Source: a virus (lineage: Duplodnaviria > Caudoviricetes). From it: a stretch of 34,200 nucleotides of DNA. Shown piece after piece: positions 1-9,050 of the stretch (within the stretch, counting starts at the first letter, position 1; each line of letters starts with the position of its first letter). Location: positions 1-34,200 of IMG/VR virus record IMGVR_UViG_3300020470_000096; one strand, written 5' to 3'. A program made the position numbers and the translations under genes. A model generated the notes under the pieces. The model did not search any database and was not told the DNA's origin. It was given only the letters and a program-made list of their open reading frames with translations.

Positions 1-656
1 TTCTTCGCATCAGCTCCAGTTTTAGATAATATTCCATATCGTGAATCTGAGGATATAGTGGCCTGGTGTACCAATTCTGATGATGCCATGAAAGAAAATC
101 CCGATCGACGGTTCTTAAGGTAGCACATTCCATAACACCTAGTATCGGATTTACACGCTTCCCAAAAAATAAAGAAAAGTCTGTTTGACTCTCGAAACTC
201 TGGCTTCCCAACATCAATCTTGGTCCACTGCAAGTACATATAATGAGAACCAGTAATGTAAGAAGGAATGCCTTTATTGTAAAACCAAAAGCCTTCTTCA
301 CGTCTTTTAAATTCTTCATCAATGTAATCATACCATTTATCTTTAAAATCTACAGAAGTATTATTCCAATCAAAAACTGTTTTTAATCTATCTAAAACTT
401 TAGGATATTCAAATACTTCCCAATATTGTTCTTCTTTTTTATTTGCTCTTTTATATACTTTTTCTTCTAACGGTAAAGCAATTTTGAGACCTTGGATTTG
501 ATATATTTCACCAATTTGGCCAGTTTTGCTGATAACCACGATATCATTTTCTTGATCGTACCCATATTTCCATTTTTTATATCTATTATTTCTTTTTATT
601 ATTTTTGGTTTAATATGATCAGATAAAATTTTATATAAAGTTTGTTTGTATGTCAT
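1..656 (-). CDS. terL: Terminase large subunit, N-terminal part (runs off window start)
   Basis: Not in the ORF track. Manual translation from ATG at 656: MTYKQTLYKILSDHIKPK...ITGSHYMYLQW...CYGMCYLKNRRSGFSFMAS. KxRRxGxS is the terminase-type Walker A variant. ATGA overlap with the upstream ORF. Confidence 0.85.
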   Translation of the reverse strand, partial: MTYKQTLYKILSDHIKPKIIKRNNRYKKWKYGYDQENDIVVISKTGQIGEIYQIQGLKIALPLEEKVYKRANKKEEQYWEVFEYPKVLDRLKTVFDWNNTSVDFKDKWYDYIDEEFKRREEGFWFYNKGIPSYITGSHYMYLQWTKIDVGKPEFRESNRLFFIFWEACKSDTRCYGMCYLKNRRSGFSFMASSELVHQATISSDSRYGILSKTGADAK

Positions 657-925
657 TTTGATCTACCTTCTGCGAAACCTTTAAAATTACTACCACGTGT
701 TTCTTGTTTAGTTTCTTTTAACATATTTTCTTCTTCTTCTATCCGATTTAATATCTCAAAAGCATCAAATACTGCTAATTTTTTTGTGGCAGCTGCGTTT
801 TTTAATCTATCTGCAGAAACATCATCTTCTGAATCAACTATTTTTTCTTTTGCTACTTTAATTAATTCTTCAACTGCTTTTTGACCAGCTAGGATTATAC
901 TCTTTTTGGTTTTTTTTGTGTTCAT
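653..925 (-). CDS. Hypothetical helical protein, possible terminase small subunit
   Basis: 90 aa, helical and charged, translationally coupled immediately upstream of terL. Function inferred from position only. Confidence 0.45.
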   Translation of the reverse strand: MNTKKTKKSIILAGQKAVEELIKVAKEKIVDSEDDVSADRLKNAAATKKLAVFDAFEILNRIEEEENMLKETKQETRGSNFKGFAEGRSK

Positions 926-1457
926 ATTTAATTACAATATCATTAGATTCCATACAATATAAAAGTTCGTTATCAATAATAAACTCAAATTCTCGTAAAG
1001 GTTTAAAACCTATCACATCTCCTGGAGTGATTTCAAGTACTTCTAATGAACTATTACCATATTTTAATATCCCTTTATTCTTTATTATTTTTCCATCTTC
1101 TAATAAAGGTTTTACAAAACAATAATTTTCATTAGTAATCCATGAATTTTTATAATACATATATATTTGAGAAGGTATAGCAAAATATAAATTCTCTTTA
1201 AAATATTTAGTACTATTAACAGATTTTCCTTTCATATTATAATACCTTCTAAATAAATTATGATGTACTATAACTTTATCTCCTTTAACTATATTTCCTT
1301 TATATGTTAATGGAATACTAACTATTTCTGCTTCTCTATTAATAAACTTATGATTTGATATACTTGAATTTACAATGAGTTCTTTTCCTTCGATATTTAT
1401 TTTATTGTTATATCTTTCACCAATAGGTTTTAAGATAAATTGATAAATACTTTTCAT
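870..1457 (-). CDS. Tandem (two-domain) GroES-like protein
   Basis: Two GroES-like repeats: FILKP..EAEIVSIP..VKGDKVIVHH and CFVKPL..KGILKYG..ITPGDVIGF..EFIIDNELLYCMESNDIV. Confidence 0.6.
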   Translation of the reverse strand: MKSIYQFILKPIGERYNNKINIEGKELIVNSSISNHKFINREAEIVSIPLTYKGNIVKGDKVIVHHNLFRRYYNMKGKSVNSTKYFKENLYFAIPSQIYMYYKNSWITNENYCFVKPLLEDGKIIKNKGILKYGNSSLEVLEITPGDVIGFKPLREFEFIIDNELLYCMESNDIVIKYEHKKNQKEYNPSWSKSS

Positions 1458-1711
1458 TAATACTCTAAATCATATTCTACAGATATAGCCATATTAGAAT
1501 TAAACTTTTTCCAAGGGAGTACTTCATCTCCTTTTTTAATAAATATATTATATGACTGTTCTGCTTCATCGTTTAAAATATGAGAAATTGTATGACCCCC
1601 ATACACTTGTTGTCCAACAGCATAGTGCATTGCATCATTTTTATAATCAGAACCAATACTGATTTTTCTTATAATGTTACTCACTATCTTTGGTTTTATC
1701 TTTATCTTCAA
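1457..1711 (-). CDS. Hypothetical protein
   Basis: 84 aa ORF in the co-oriented, overlapping gene string; the true start may be further downstream. Confidence 0.6.
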   Translation of the reverse strand: MKIKIKPKIVSNIIRKISIGSDYKNDAMHYAVGQQVYGGHTISHILNDEAEQSYNIFIKKGDEVLPWKKFNSNMAISVEYDLEY

Positions 1712-1952
1712 CTTCTATTACAGTATAACTCCCATCTTCAAGATTAATATTTATAGCTCCATATTGTTTTTCTAATTCAGCTTTATAATCTTCAGAATCT
1801 TGTACTACTCCAGCATACTTATGTAAAATAGCATGTTTTTGAGTTTCTAAAAACCCCACGTCTCTTAGCAATGTAGCTATATCTTCTTGTGATTGTTTAA
1901 TTTTTGAAAGTTGTTCTTCTGTAACTTTTAATTTTTTTTCTTCTTTTGTCAT
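1677..1952 (-). CDS. Hypothetical coiled-coil protein
   Basis: 91 aa, E/K-rich helical pattern, A-rich leader. Confidence 0.65.
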   Translation of the reverse strand: MTKEEKKLKVTEEQLSKIKQSQEDIATLLRDVGFLETQKHAILHKYAGVVQDSEDYKAELEKQYGAININLEDGSYTVIEVEDKDKTKDSE

Positions 1953-1982
1953 TTGAGTTAATTTAATTTAATTATTAATTTA

Positions 1983-2693
1983 TTAATATAATGCTACCAT
2001 TTCTGTAGCAGTTGTAGCTGAATCAGTTGTATAAACTTTTCTAACTAACATATCTAAAGTACTTCCAGCCGGAATACTTTGTATTGTAACTGTTTGATTT
2101 GGTGGAGCTGCTGCAAATTCTAATTTAATATCACCTGTACCTCCTACATATAATCCAAAACCATCAAATCCAGGTTCTGCTTCATAAACAGCGTTTGTTC
2201 CAGCATCACCTCCACTTGTGGGGGCTTGTAGATCTGATGTTTGTAAAGCTACATCAACTGTTCCAGTAATATCAGTTTGTCCAAAAGCTGTGTTTAAATC
2301 TGACGCGTTAAAAATAATAGTTTGTGCGTTAGCAGCCATATTAGGACCGGCTCCAGGATTAAGTGGCGCTCCTACAGCTGCCCCTTGATTTGTACCATCT
2401 GGTCTTGTTTGCATTACTTTTATTTCAGTAATTGCTCCTGCACCATTAGTTTCAATAGTATAATAAGCACCCCATTGTTTATTTTGGGCATTACTTGCTG
2501 AACCTAAAAAAGTACCTCCAGAAGCATAAGCTGTAACAACTTGAGCTGTGGCAGCTATATTACTAGAATTATCAGTTACTTGACCAATTGGTATACCACT
2601 AGATGAAGCCCCTGGTGCTCTTAAAGTAGCTACAGTTCCAATAGATACAGCATGGGTAGCAGCATCGCTTAAATTTTTTTGATATATTCCCAT
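1983..2693 (-). CDS. Putative virion structural protein
   Basis: 236 aa, A/G/T-rich. C-terminal LYVGGTGDIK...IPAGSTLDMLVRKVY...ALY resembles small beta-rich phage structural/spike-base domains. Confidence 0.55.
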   Translation of the reverse strand: MGIYQKNLSDAATHAVSIGTVATLRAPGASSSGIPIGQVTDNSSNIAATAQVVTAYASGGTFLGSASNAQNKQWGAYYTIETNGAGAITEIKVMQTRPDGTNQGAAVGAPLNPGAGPNMAANAQTIIFNASDLNTAFGQTDITGTVDVALQTSDLQAPTSGGDAGTNAVYEAEPGFDGFGLYVGGTGDIKLEFAAAPPNQTVTIQSIPAGSTLDMLVRKVYTTDSATTATEMVALY

Positions 2694-2701
2694 TTTTTTA
2701 T

Positions 2702-3121
2702 TTATTTATGCATTTTGTTTCCGAATACTTTTTCAACTCCACGAGAGCCAAAATAACCTCCGATTACTATAGTTAATAATGATGTTATAGAATCTAATGG
2801 ATATCCCATATACCATCCTATAACATAACTAATTGTTAAAAATATTAATGTTAATGGACGAACATTAGCAGCAAGCCATGCTCCTGAACGAGCGTCGGCG
2901 ACCCACCGCCTTGTTGTTCCATCAATTTCAGCCCTTTCTATTGTTAGTTTTTGTAACGCAACTTCTTTATCTTCAGCAGATAAATCTTTATTACCTGTTA
3001 TTAATTCTGAAATAACGTTACCTGGTAATATTGCATCACCAACAATACCTAAGATATTAGGTGCTTTTTCAATAAGAAATTTACCTACACCAGTATCTTT
3101 AAAGGCTTTTTTTTTACTCAT
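2702..3121 (-). CDS. Putative holin (GTA 3TM holin-like)
   Basis: RW.AD..S.WL..NVRPL motif followed by hydrophobic helices and GGYFGSRGVEK. Confidence 0.7.
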   Translation of the reverse strand: MSKKKAFKDTGVGKFLIEKAPNILGIVGDAILPGNVISELITGNKDLSAEDKEVALQKLTIERAEIDGTTRRWVADARSGAWLAANVRPLTLIFLTISYVIGWYMGYPLDSITSLLTIVIGGYFGSRGVEKVFGNKMHK

Positions 3122-3474
3122 TATCCACCAATATTTCTATTTTTCTTTGCTTCCATAGCTTTCTTTTCTTCGGTAGTATGTTTTATTCCCGTAATAAATT
3201 TACCTACCGTAGTATGAGCTGGTTTACGTCTCTGAGATTGTATATCACCTTCAGCACTTAAACCTCCTCTAATTTCCCAAGTAAGATTATCTGCAATTGC
3301 TTGTTTAGCTTTACCCCATAGATTATGATTATCATGTAATGGACTATTTGATCCTCTACCTGCTATTGAATGCTTGCTCATCCAAGAACCACTTGCGTGA
3401 TCCGGTATTGGATTAATCCCAAGTAAGTTTTTTCTTTCTTGAGCAGCAGATTCGTGTTTTTTACCTTTTCCCAT
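3121..3474 (-). CDS. Small basic hypothetical protein with SPL motif
   Basis: 117 aa ORF, contains SNSPLHDN. Confidence 0.6.
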   Translation of the reverse strand: MGKGKKHESAAQERKNLLGINPIPDHASGSWMSKHSIAGRGSNSPLHDNHNLWGKAKQAIADNLTWEIRGGLSAEGDIQSQRRKPAHTTVGKFITGIKHTTEEKKAMEAKKNRNIGG

Positions 3475-3485
3475 TTTATTTATTT

Positions 3486-3812
3486 TTATGCGTTTTTATG
3501 TGCCCTTTTTTCCCAAGCTAAAGCATGACTTCCTTCGTTCATTTTAGATCTAGGATGACATTTCCATTTACTATTTGGATCTTTACGTGTATAAACGCAA
3601 TCATCATCGTAATCTAAAATACCCATTTTAATTTCATTTATATGAAAATCTTCATGGGCTATTACTTCTGCTCGTTTTTTAGGGTCTGTTATTTTATTAT
3701 TAATTAATATATTTCCATTTCTATCAGCTTTACCTAATACACCATCTTCCATATCAATCTCATGAACTGGAGCAGTTGCTACGTAAGGAGGGTTATTAAG
3801 TTTAAAAGCCAT
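3486..3812 (-). CDS. Small HEXXH zincin-like metallopeptidase domain protein
   Basis: VIAHEDFH plus downstream WEKRA. Start reassigned to ATG at 3812 (MAFKLNNPPY), coupled to the upstream stop (TAATG). Confidence 0.6.
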   Translation of the reverse strand: MAFKLNNPPYVATAPVHEIDMEDGVLGKADRNGNILINNKITDPKKRAEVIAHEDFHINEIKMGILDYDDDCVYTRKDPNSKWKCHPRSKMNEGSHALAWEKRAHKNA

Positions 3813-3973
3813 TATTTTCTTGTTGAATATGGAAACATTTTGTTTAATGCATCTTTTCTTTGTTGACATCCACAAGGAATATTAAGACCTTCAGAGACAG
3901 AGTCAACGATGGTCTTAATACCTGTTTTAGTGGTAAACTTTTCAATAGAATCGCCTAATCCTCGTGATTTCAT
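3812..3973 (-). CDS. Small CGC-motif phage protein (53 aa)
   Basis: Manual translation MKSRGLGDSIEKFTTKTGIKTIVDSVSEGLNIPCGCQQRKDALNKMFPYSTRK; fills the gap between neighbouring genes. Confidence 0.7.
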   Translation of the reverse strand: MKSRGLGDSIEKFTTKTGIKTIVDSVSEGLNIPCGCQQRKDALNKMFPYSTRK

Positions 3974-3983
3974 CAACTAATTA

Positions 3984-4379
3984 TTATGCCCAAGTAGCAC
4001 CACTAAAATACATTTGTACTGGAGTAGCTGCTTGATCTTTAGGTAAACTTACAGTAGATTTAACTCCACCTGGATTAGCTGTCATTGCTTTTACAACTGC
4101 GTCATAAATTGGATTTGCTTCACCATTGTTAAGTGTTGGATCGGTAGTTGCAACCATATCAGCATGTACTGCAAAAGTAACTGTTTTAGGATTAGTAGAA
4201 TCCGGTGTTCCTATAGCTGCTTGTTTGAAACTTACAACTAAAGTTTTAGCGTTTTGTCCATCACCGCCCGTAGCTGCTATTTTAACTATGTCTTCAACAT
4301 TAAGTAAGACATCGTAACTTGGGCCGAACGGTTGATTCGCGTTAGTATTTACGCAATGAAAATTTATAAATTTTGCCAT
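3984..4379 (-). CDS. Hypothetical protein, probably an abundant virion protein
   Basis: 131 aa, A/T/P-rich, preceded by a long unstructured A/C leader. Confidence 0.65.
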   Translation of the reverse strand: MAKFINFHCVNTNANQPFGPSYDVLLNVEDIVKIAATGGDGQNAKTLVVSFKQAAIGTPDSTNPKTVTFAVHADMVATTDPTLNNGEANPIYDAVVKAMTANPGGVKSTVSLPKDQAATPVQMYFSGATWA

Positions 4380-4436
4380 TTTTGTTATTGTTTTTGTTGT
4401 TGTTATTGGTTTTGTTTTGGTTAGATTTATACAGTT

Positions 4437-4808
4437 CTATTCTGTTTTCTTATATTGTTCAGGTCTTCCTTTTATCTCATTTTTACTACCTGTTCCGCAT
4501 TTATGTAGGCGTCCAGAACCTGGTTCATGGCACGTTTGATGTTCATGCTCTGTTGATGTTTTATGATGTAGTGGTGAATGATGTTCTTTATCATATTTCA
4601 TATCTCCAGCTAATTTAGATATATGTTTCTCATCAGCTGTCATATCGATATCACTATGCCCATGCTTATCATCCCAAAGAACATCTCTTTTAAGATAATC
4701 TATGTGTGCAGCGTCATCACGCTCTGCAGCATGTACATTATGTGTAGTTACCGGTGTACGAGAATGTCTAGCGTTGCCAGAATATTCTCCAAAATGTCCT
4801 TTTTCCAT
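4437..4808 (-). CDS. His/Asp-rich hypothetical protein with SPL motif
   Basis: 123 aa, many His residues, internal repeat HIDYLKRDV / HISKLAGDM, and HHSPLHHK. Confidence 0.65.
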   Translation of the reverse strand: MEKGHFGEYSGNARHSRTPVTTHNVHAAERDDAAHIDYLKRDVLWDDKHGHSDIDMTADEKHISKLAGDMKYDKEHHSPLHHKTSTEHEHQTCHEPGSGRLHKCGTGSKNEIKGRPEQYKKTE

Positions 4809-4839
4809 ATTAATACTTATAATGATTTATTACTTATTT

Positions 4840-5064
4840 TTATATTTTTTTACCTTGTGCAATAGCGGTAATAGGATATTTTACTTGCATATCCAATTTA
4901 GAGTTCGGGAATTTAGATACTTGCATACCTTTTATACCTGAACTAGATCCAACTTGATGGATTCTTCCGACTTGGTTTAAAGGACCATCCCATATATGAG
5001 ATTCTCCAACAATACCAATTTTCTTTTGTTTGCTTGCTTTATTATATGCTTTATCTTCGTGCAT
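4840..5064 (-). CDS. Small basic hypothetical protein
   Basis: 74 aa ORF in the gene string. Confidence 0.55.
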   Translation of the reverse strand: MHEDKAYNKASKQKKIGIVGESHIWDGPLNQVGRIHQVGSSSGIKGMQVSKFPNSKLDMQVKYPITAIAQGKKI

Positions 5065-5081
5065 GATTACATGTTTAATGG

Positions 5082-5150
5082 TTATAATGCGTTCTCTAAT
5101 ATAATTATAAATAAAAATATAATTATACCCGCAATTAGATAACTACTCAT
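5082..5150 (-). CDS. Tiny single-TM peptide (22 aa)
   Basis: MSSYLIAGIIIFLFIIILENAL; TAATG coupling with the upstream stop. Confidence 0.4.
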   Translation of the reverse strand: MSSYLIAGIIIFLFIIILENAL

Positions 5151-5392
5151 TAGTCATCTTTTAGCTCTGGATACTTTCTGTATACACAAGCTTTAATTTT
5201 CGCAGGATTTTTTGCGTTATGAGCTAATTTTATAGCAGATTTAGCTCTTTCTAATGTATTTACAGGATATGTACCTTTTGGTCCACAGAAATCTGATTTT
5301 TTTACATTAGGATATTTACCTGCATTTGACATTCCAGGTTCTTTACGTATTTCTGAAATTGTCTTTTTTAAAAATGGTGAATTACTTTTCAT
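5150..5392 (-). CDS. Small basic hypothetical protein
   Basis: 80 aa, N-terminal KSNSPFLK, core GPKGTYPVNTLERAKSAI. Confidence 0.65.
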   Translation of the reverse strand: MKSNSPFLKKTISEIRKEPGMSNAGKYPNVKKSDFCGPKGTYPVNTLERAKSAIKLAHNAKNPAKIKACVYRKYPELKDD

Positions 5393-5403
5393 ATTATTAT
5401 CTT

Positions 5404-6399
5404 TTATTTGTATTTGTATGTCTGTAAAAAGTCATTATAGTTTTCCCAATTATCTCCATAAACATCCTTAAGTTCTTGTGTCTTTAAATCATGTTGCAAT
5501 AACTTCTTATTTTCGGTATTTACCTCTACTTCAGAATTTTCATTATCTACTCCCCATAATTTATTTTTTATATTTTGGGCACCTTGTACAAATTGACTTT
5601 GAAGTTTATTTTTTATCTTACCCCTAGCAGCTCTTCCTTTTTGTCTCATATTAATTCTATCTAATCTTCCTTGCATTCTTTCTTTTTTTGCAGGATTATC
5701 AGTTGAATCTATTTTTGCTTGAAGACGTTGTTTTCTAGTAGTTTTTTCCTTTTTTTCGTTTTTACCTTGAAGATTACTAATTATTGATTGAGCAGCGTCT
5801 CCCATTGATGCTGCTGTATCCATAATACTTTCTTGTTTATTAGTAACACCATCTCCATCATCATCAGGTTCCAAAATTCCTTGATATCCTCCTTGACTAT
5901 AAGCACCTCCATATTCACCAGCAAAATCCTTAGAAGTAACCTCTGCTAATTTTAATGGACTTTTATTTGCGAATGCAGTGTTTGTATTTAAACCACCTAA
6001 TATACTATTATATTGTTGATCAGCTAAAGTTCCTTGTTTTTGCGGAATAATTGATGATCCTGCGCTTACTGGGCCTTCTGTTAAAGCTGTTAAGCCACTC
6101 GCTTCAGCTACTTGATTTTTTTGTATATCAATAGGATTAACTACACCAGTGTTTTCTACATTATTTAAAGCCTCATTTTGCATTGCATTTGCATTATTAA
6201 TAGCATCTCCTCCGCTTTGTTGTAAGGCTAATCGACCTAAAGCGCCATGTATACCTCCTTTTTTAGCTAAAGCTTTTACGTTGTTTAAAGCGTTGGGATC
6301 ATTTGTATTAGAATTTCCTCTATTTTTTCTTCCAAAAAGACCGGATGCTAGCCCAGCAATACCTCTGCTTTGTTTGTGATTTAATGGACTTTTACTCAT
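5404..6399 (-). CDS. Low-complexity protein, candidate internal head/ejection protein
   Basis: 331 aa, N/Q/G/K-rich, two KSPL motifs. Confidence 0.6.
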   Translation of the reverse strand: MSKSPLNHKQSRGIAGLASGLFGRKNRGNSNTNDPNALNNVKALAKKGGIHGALGRLALQQSGGDAINNANAMQNEALNNVENTGVVNPIDIQKNQVAEASGLTALTEGPVSAGSSIIPQKQGTLADQQYNSILGGLNTNTAFANKSPLKLAEVTSKDFAGEYGGAYSQGGYQGILEPDDDGDGVTNKQESIMDTAASMGDAAQSIISNLQGKNEKKEKTTRKQRLQAKIDSTDNPAKKERMQGRLDRINMRQKGRAARGKIKNKLQSQFVQGAQNIKNKLWGVDNENSEVEVNTENKKLLQHDLKTQELKDVYGDNWENYNDFLQTYKYK

Positions 6400-6844
6400 A
6401 TCTATTTTTATCTTGGTTAACGTTTTTAATAGCTGTTATTAAAACTTTATCTGTATAAGTTTTACCCCTCATAATTGTATTTCTACGTTTACTAACAGGT
6501 ACATCATCTTGACCTAACATAATTCGGTACATTCGGGCTATTAGTTGTTTACACTTAAAAGAAACTTGATAGATATTATACTTTTGAGTTGTCCTGTTTC
6601 GATTTCTCCAAACTACAATCCAGTTGTTTTTTATCATTTTGTTCCAGCGTCTATTATCCCAACTGTAAGCATAAGTACCGATTTTAAAATCTTGTTTAGT
6701 AAATAAACCCATACAGTCAAAATAAATTAATAATTCTAAATCAGCATCATTTAAATCATTATTTCTACATGCCCATTTTCTTATTAATCTATAATGTTTT
6801 AATAAATTTAATTCTTTGATATCTGTTGCATTTAATTTTTTCAT
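6392..6844 (-). CDS. Hypothetical basic protein, possible winged-helix
   Basis: 150 aa; LNDADLELLIYF followed by helices and a beta-hairpin (WIVVW...KYNIYQVS). Confidence 0.55.
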   Translation of the reverse strand: MKKLNATDIKELNLLKHYRLIRKWACRNNDLNDADLELLIYFDCMGLFTKQDFKIGTYAYSWDNRRWNKMIKNNWIVVWRNRNRTTQKYNIYQVSFKCKQLIARMYRIMLGQDDVPVSKRRNTIMRGKTYTDKVLITAIKNVNQDKNRYE

Positions 6845-7104
6845 AGAACCACAACAACATCTTGAATTTTAATTATAGTAAATTTTTCTTTATTAAATTC
6901 AATTCCATGTCCAGCATGTTTATCATAAAATATTATATCTTTTTCTTTAAGAAATTTTATTTCATCACTTACTGAAACAATTGTACCTTTTTGATAACGA
7001 ATATCTTCTCTATCTTTTTCTATTATAAGTAATCCTCCTTTTGTTTTTTGAGTAGTTACTTTTTCAGGTTTTATTATTATATTATTTCCTACTGCTTTCA
7101 TCAA
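6841..7104 (-). CDS. groES: Co-chaperonin GroES
   Basis: AVGNNIIIKP..KTKGGLLI..KGTIVSV..DIIFYDKHAG..IIKIQDVV matches the Cpn10 pattern. Confidence 0.9.
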   Translation of the reverse strand: MMKAVGNNIIIKPEKVTTQKTKGGLLIIEKDREDIRYQKGTIVSVSDEIKFLKEKDIIFYDKHAGHGIEFNKEKFTIIKIQDVVVVL

Positions 7105-8653
7105 TTCTTAAATTATTGATTACACAATCAGTGGATAATATTGTAGTAGCTACTGAAGCAGCGTTTATAAGAGCACTTTTAGTTACAAGAAGTGGATCAA
7201 TAATACCTTCTTTTATCATATTAACAGCTTCACCTGTTACCACATTTAATCCTTTACCCTGTATTTTACCAAGTATTTCTGGTAAAGAGTTTTTAGGGCA
7301 CATTATACCTGCATTATCTAAAATTACTCTAAATGGAGATTCTATAGCTTTTAATAAAATTTTTTCTCCTTTATTATCTGTTTTAATTTTTTGTCCTGCA
7401 TTAAGTAGTGCTATACCACCACCTGAAACAATACCTTCTTTTATAGCAGCTTTTGTCGCACAAATAGCATCTTCTATTCTATCAGATTTTTCTTTTAATT
7501 CTATATCTGAATTAGCACCAACTTTGACGATAGCTATTTTAGCTGATAATCTTGCAAGTCTTTTTTCAAGTCTTATAAGATGAGCTGGATTAGGTTTATT
7601 TGTTAATTCTTCTTTAACAGTTTCTATAGCTTTTAAAACTATTTCATCGGGCTCACCTACTTGTAAAATAGTATCTTTTTCATCAGTTATAGATTTTAAA
7701 CAACTACCTAATAATTCAGGTTGAATTAAATCCATATCATCTCCTAAATCTTCATTTATGACAGTAGCACCAGTAAGCATTGCTAAATCATCTAAAGTTT
7801 CTCTTTTATTAACTCCAAATGTTGGTGCATTAATAATATTAACTTTTATATTACCTTTTGTCTTATTCATAGCAAGTGTTGCCATTACAGGTGCTTCAAC
7901 GTCAGCAATGATAAGTAAAGGTATATTCTTTTTTATAACATGCTCTAGTACTGATTGGATTTGTCTTATATTTTCTACCGGAGATTCTATTATAAGTACT
8001 GCTGGTTTTTCAAGTTCAGCTGTCTTTTTTGCTTTATTAGTAATAAAATGTGGATTGGTAAGTCCTTTATTATATTGAACACCATCTACTAAATCAACTT
8101 CTGTTTCTGGAAGTGATGAATGTTCCATCATTACTACTCCTGTTTGACCAACTGCTCTAAAAGCATCACCAATAATTTTTCCAAGTTTTGGATCATTATT
8201 TGTAGAAATTGTTGCTATTTGATCAATCATACTTCCTTTTACTGGAAGAGATATTTTTTCTAAATATTTAATTACTTTATCAACAGCACTTTCAATCCCT
8301 TCTTTTAATTCTCTAGAATTTATATCTATTCCTTTAGCTTCTTCTAAAATTGCATGAGCTAATACTGTTGCTGTTGTAGTACCATCTCCTGCTTCAGAAA
8401 CTGTTTTTCTAGCAGCTTCTTTTAAAAGTGTGGCCCCCATATTTTCTACAGGATCTAATAAAACTATTGAATTAGCAACGGTAACACCATCTTTAGTTAT
8501 AATAGGATTACCTTGATCATCTTCAAGTAGTACACATTTGCCGCTAGCTCCTAATGTGGAGCTAACAGCTTGTGTAAGTTTATCAATTCCTTTAAACACT
8601 TGATTTTGAGCGTCTTGCCCAAAATTAAGATTTTTGACTATTAAGTCTGACAT
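7082..8653 (-). CDS. groEL: Chaperonin GroEL
   Basis: ITKDGVTVA, AGDGTTTATVLA, IEDAICATKAA, GIVSGGG and GIIDP motifs; no GGM tail. Confidence 0.97.
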   Translation of the reverse strand: MSDLIVKNLNFGQDAQNQVFKGIDKLTQAVSSTLGASGKCVLLEDDQGNPIITKDGVTVANSIVLLDPVENMGATLLKEAARKTVSEAGDGTTTATVLAHAILEEAKGIDINSRELKEGIESAVDKVIKYLEKISLPVKGSMIDQIATISTNNDPKLGKIIGDAFRAVGQTGVVMMEHSSLPETEVDLVDGVQYNKGLTNPHFITNKAKKTAELEKPAVLIIESPVENIRQIQSVLEHVIKKNIPLLIIADVEAPVMATLAMNKTKGNIKVNIINAPTFGVNKRETLDDLAMLTGATVINEDLGDDMDLIQPELLGSCLKSITDEKDTILQVGEPDEIVLKAIETVKEELTNKPNPAHLIRLEKRLARLSAKIAIVKVGANSDIELKEKSDRIEDAICATKAAIKEGIVSGGGIALLNAGQKIKTDNKGEKILLKAIESPFRVILDNAGIMCPKNSLPEILGKIQGKGLNVVTGEAVNMIKEGIIDPLLVTKSALINAASVATTILSTDCVINNLRIDESSRK

Positions 8654-8685
8654 ATTAAATTAAATTTGATTTGATTAATTGAAAT

Positions 8686-8973
8686 TTATTTAAAGGTCTT
8701 AACGACTTTTGGACCGTTTAAGAACTCTATTTTTTTCTCGTAATGCTTTACGGAAGCTATTACAGCTTCTTCTGCGCCTTCGAGTGTTTCTCTACGGGTT
8801 ACATCCATCCACTGTTCTGTTTCTGGATCTTGGTATTCAGTTTGATAAAAACCATTAGGTAATTGGGTTATTCGCCAATTCTTCTTTTTAGCTATATGCT
8901 TCCAAAGGTTTTGGGTTTTTTCTGAAACTTGTGGTTGACTACTCCACGAATGAGTCTGGTAAAATAGTGTCAT
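8686..8973 (-). CDS. Hypothetical protein
   Basis: 95 aa, first gene of the probable groEL unit. Confidence 0.7.
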   Translation of the reverse strand: MTLFYQTHSWSSQPQVSEKTQNLWKHIAKKKNWRITQLPNGFYQTEYQDPETEQWMDVTRRETLEGAEEAVIASVKHYEKKIEFLNGPKVVKTFK

Positions 8974-9017
8974 AGGTTTTGGTTTTAATTGTTTGACATT
9001 AGGTTTCTAAATATATA

Positions 9018-9030
9018 GTTACTTGTTTTT
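9018..9030 (-). promoter_or_regulatory. Candidate late promoter motif AAAAACAAGTAAC
   Basis: Intergenic; near-identical copy at 23412-23424 and variants at 4829-4841 and 5066-5077, all upstream of minus-strand genes. Confidence 0.4.
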
Positions 9031-9050
9031 CTTGATTTTTAAGTGAATTT

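Noticed and set aside
7082-8653. groEL as evidence of host chromosome or prophage flank
   Set aside because: It is embedded among co-oriented phage late genes, is divergent, lacks the GGM tail and has reversed groEL-groES order; no other host housekeeping genes are present.
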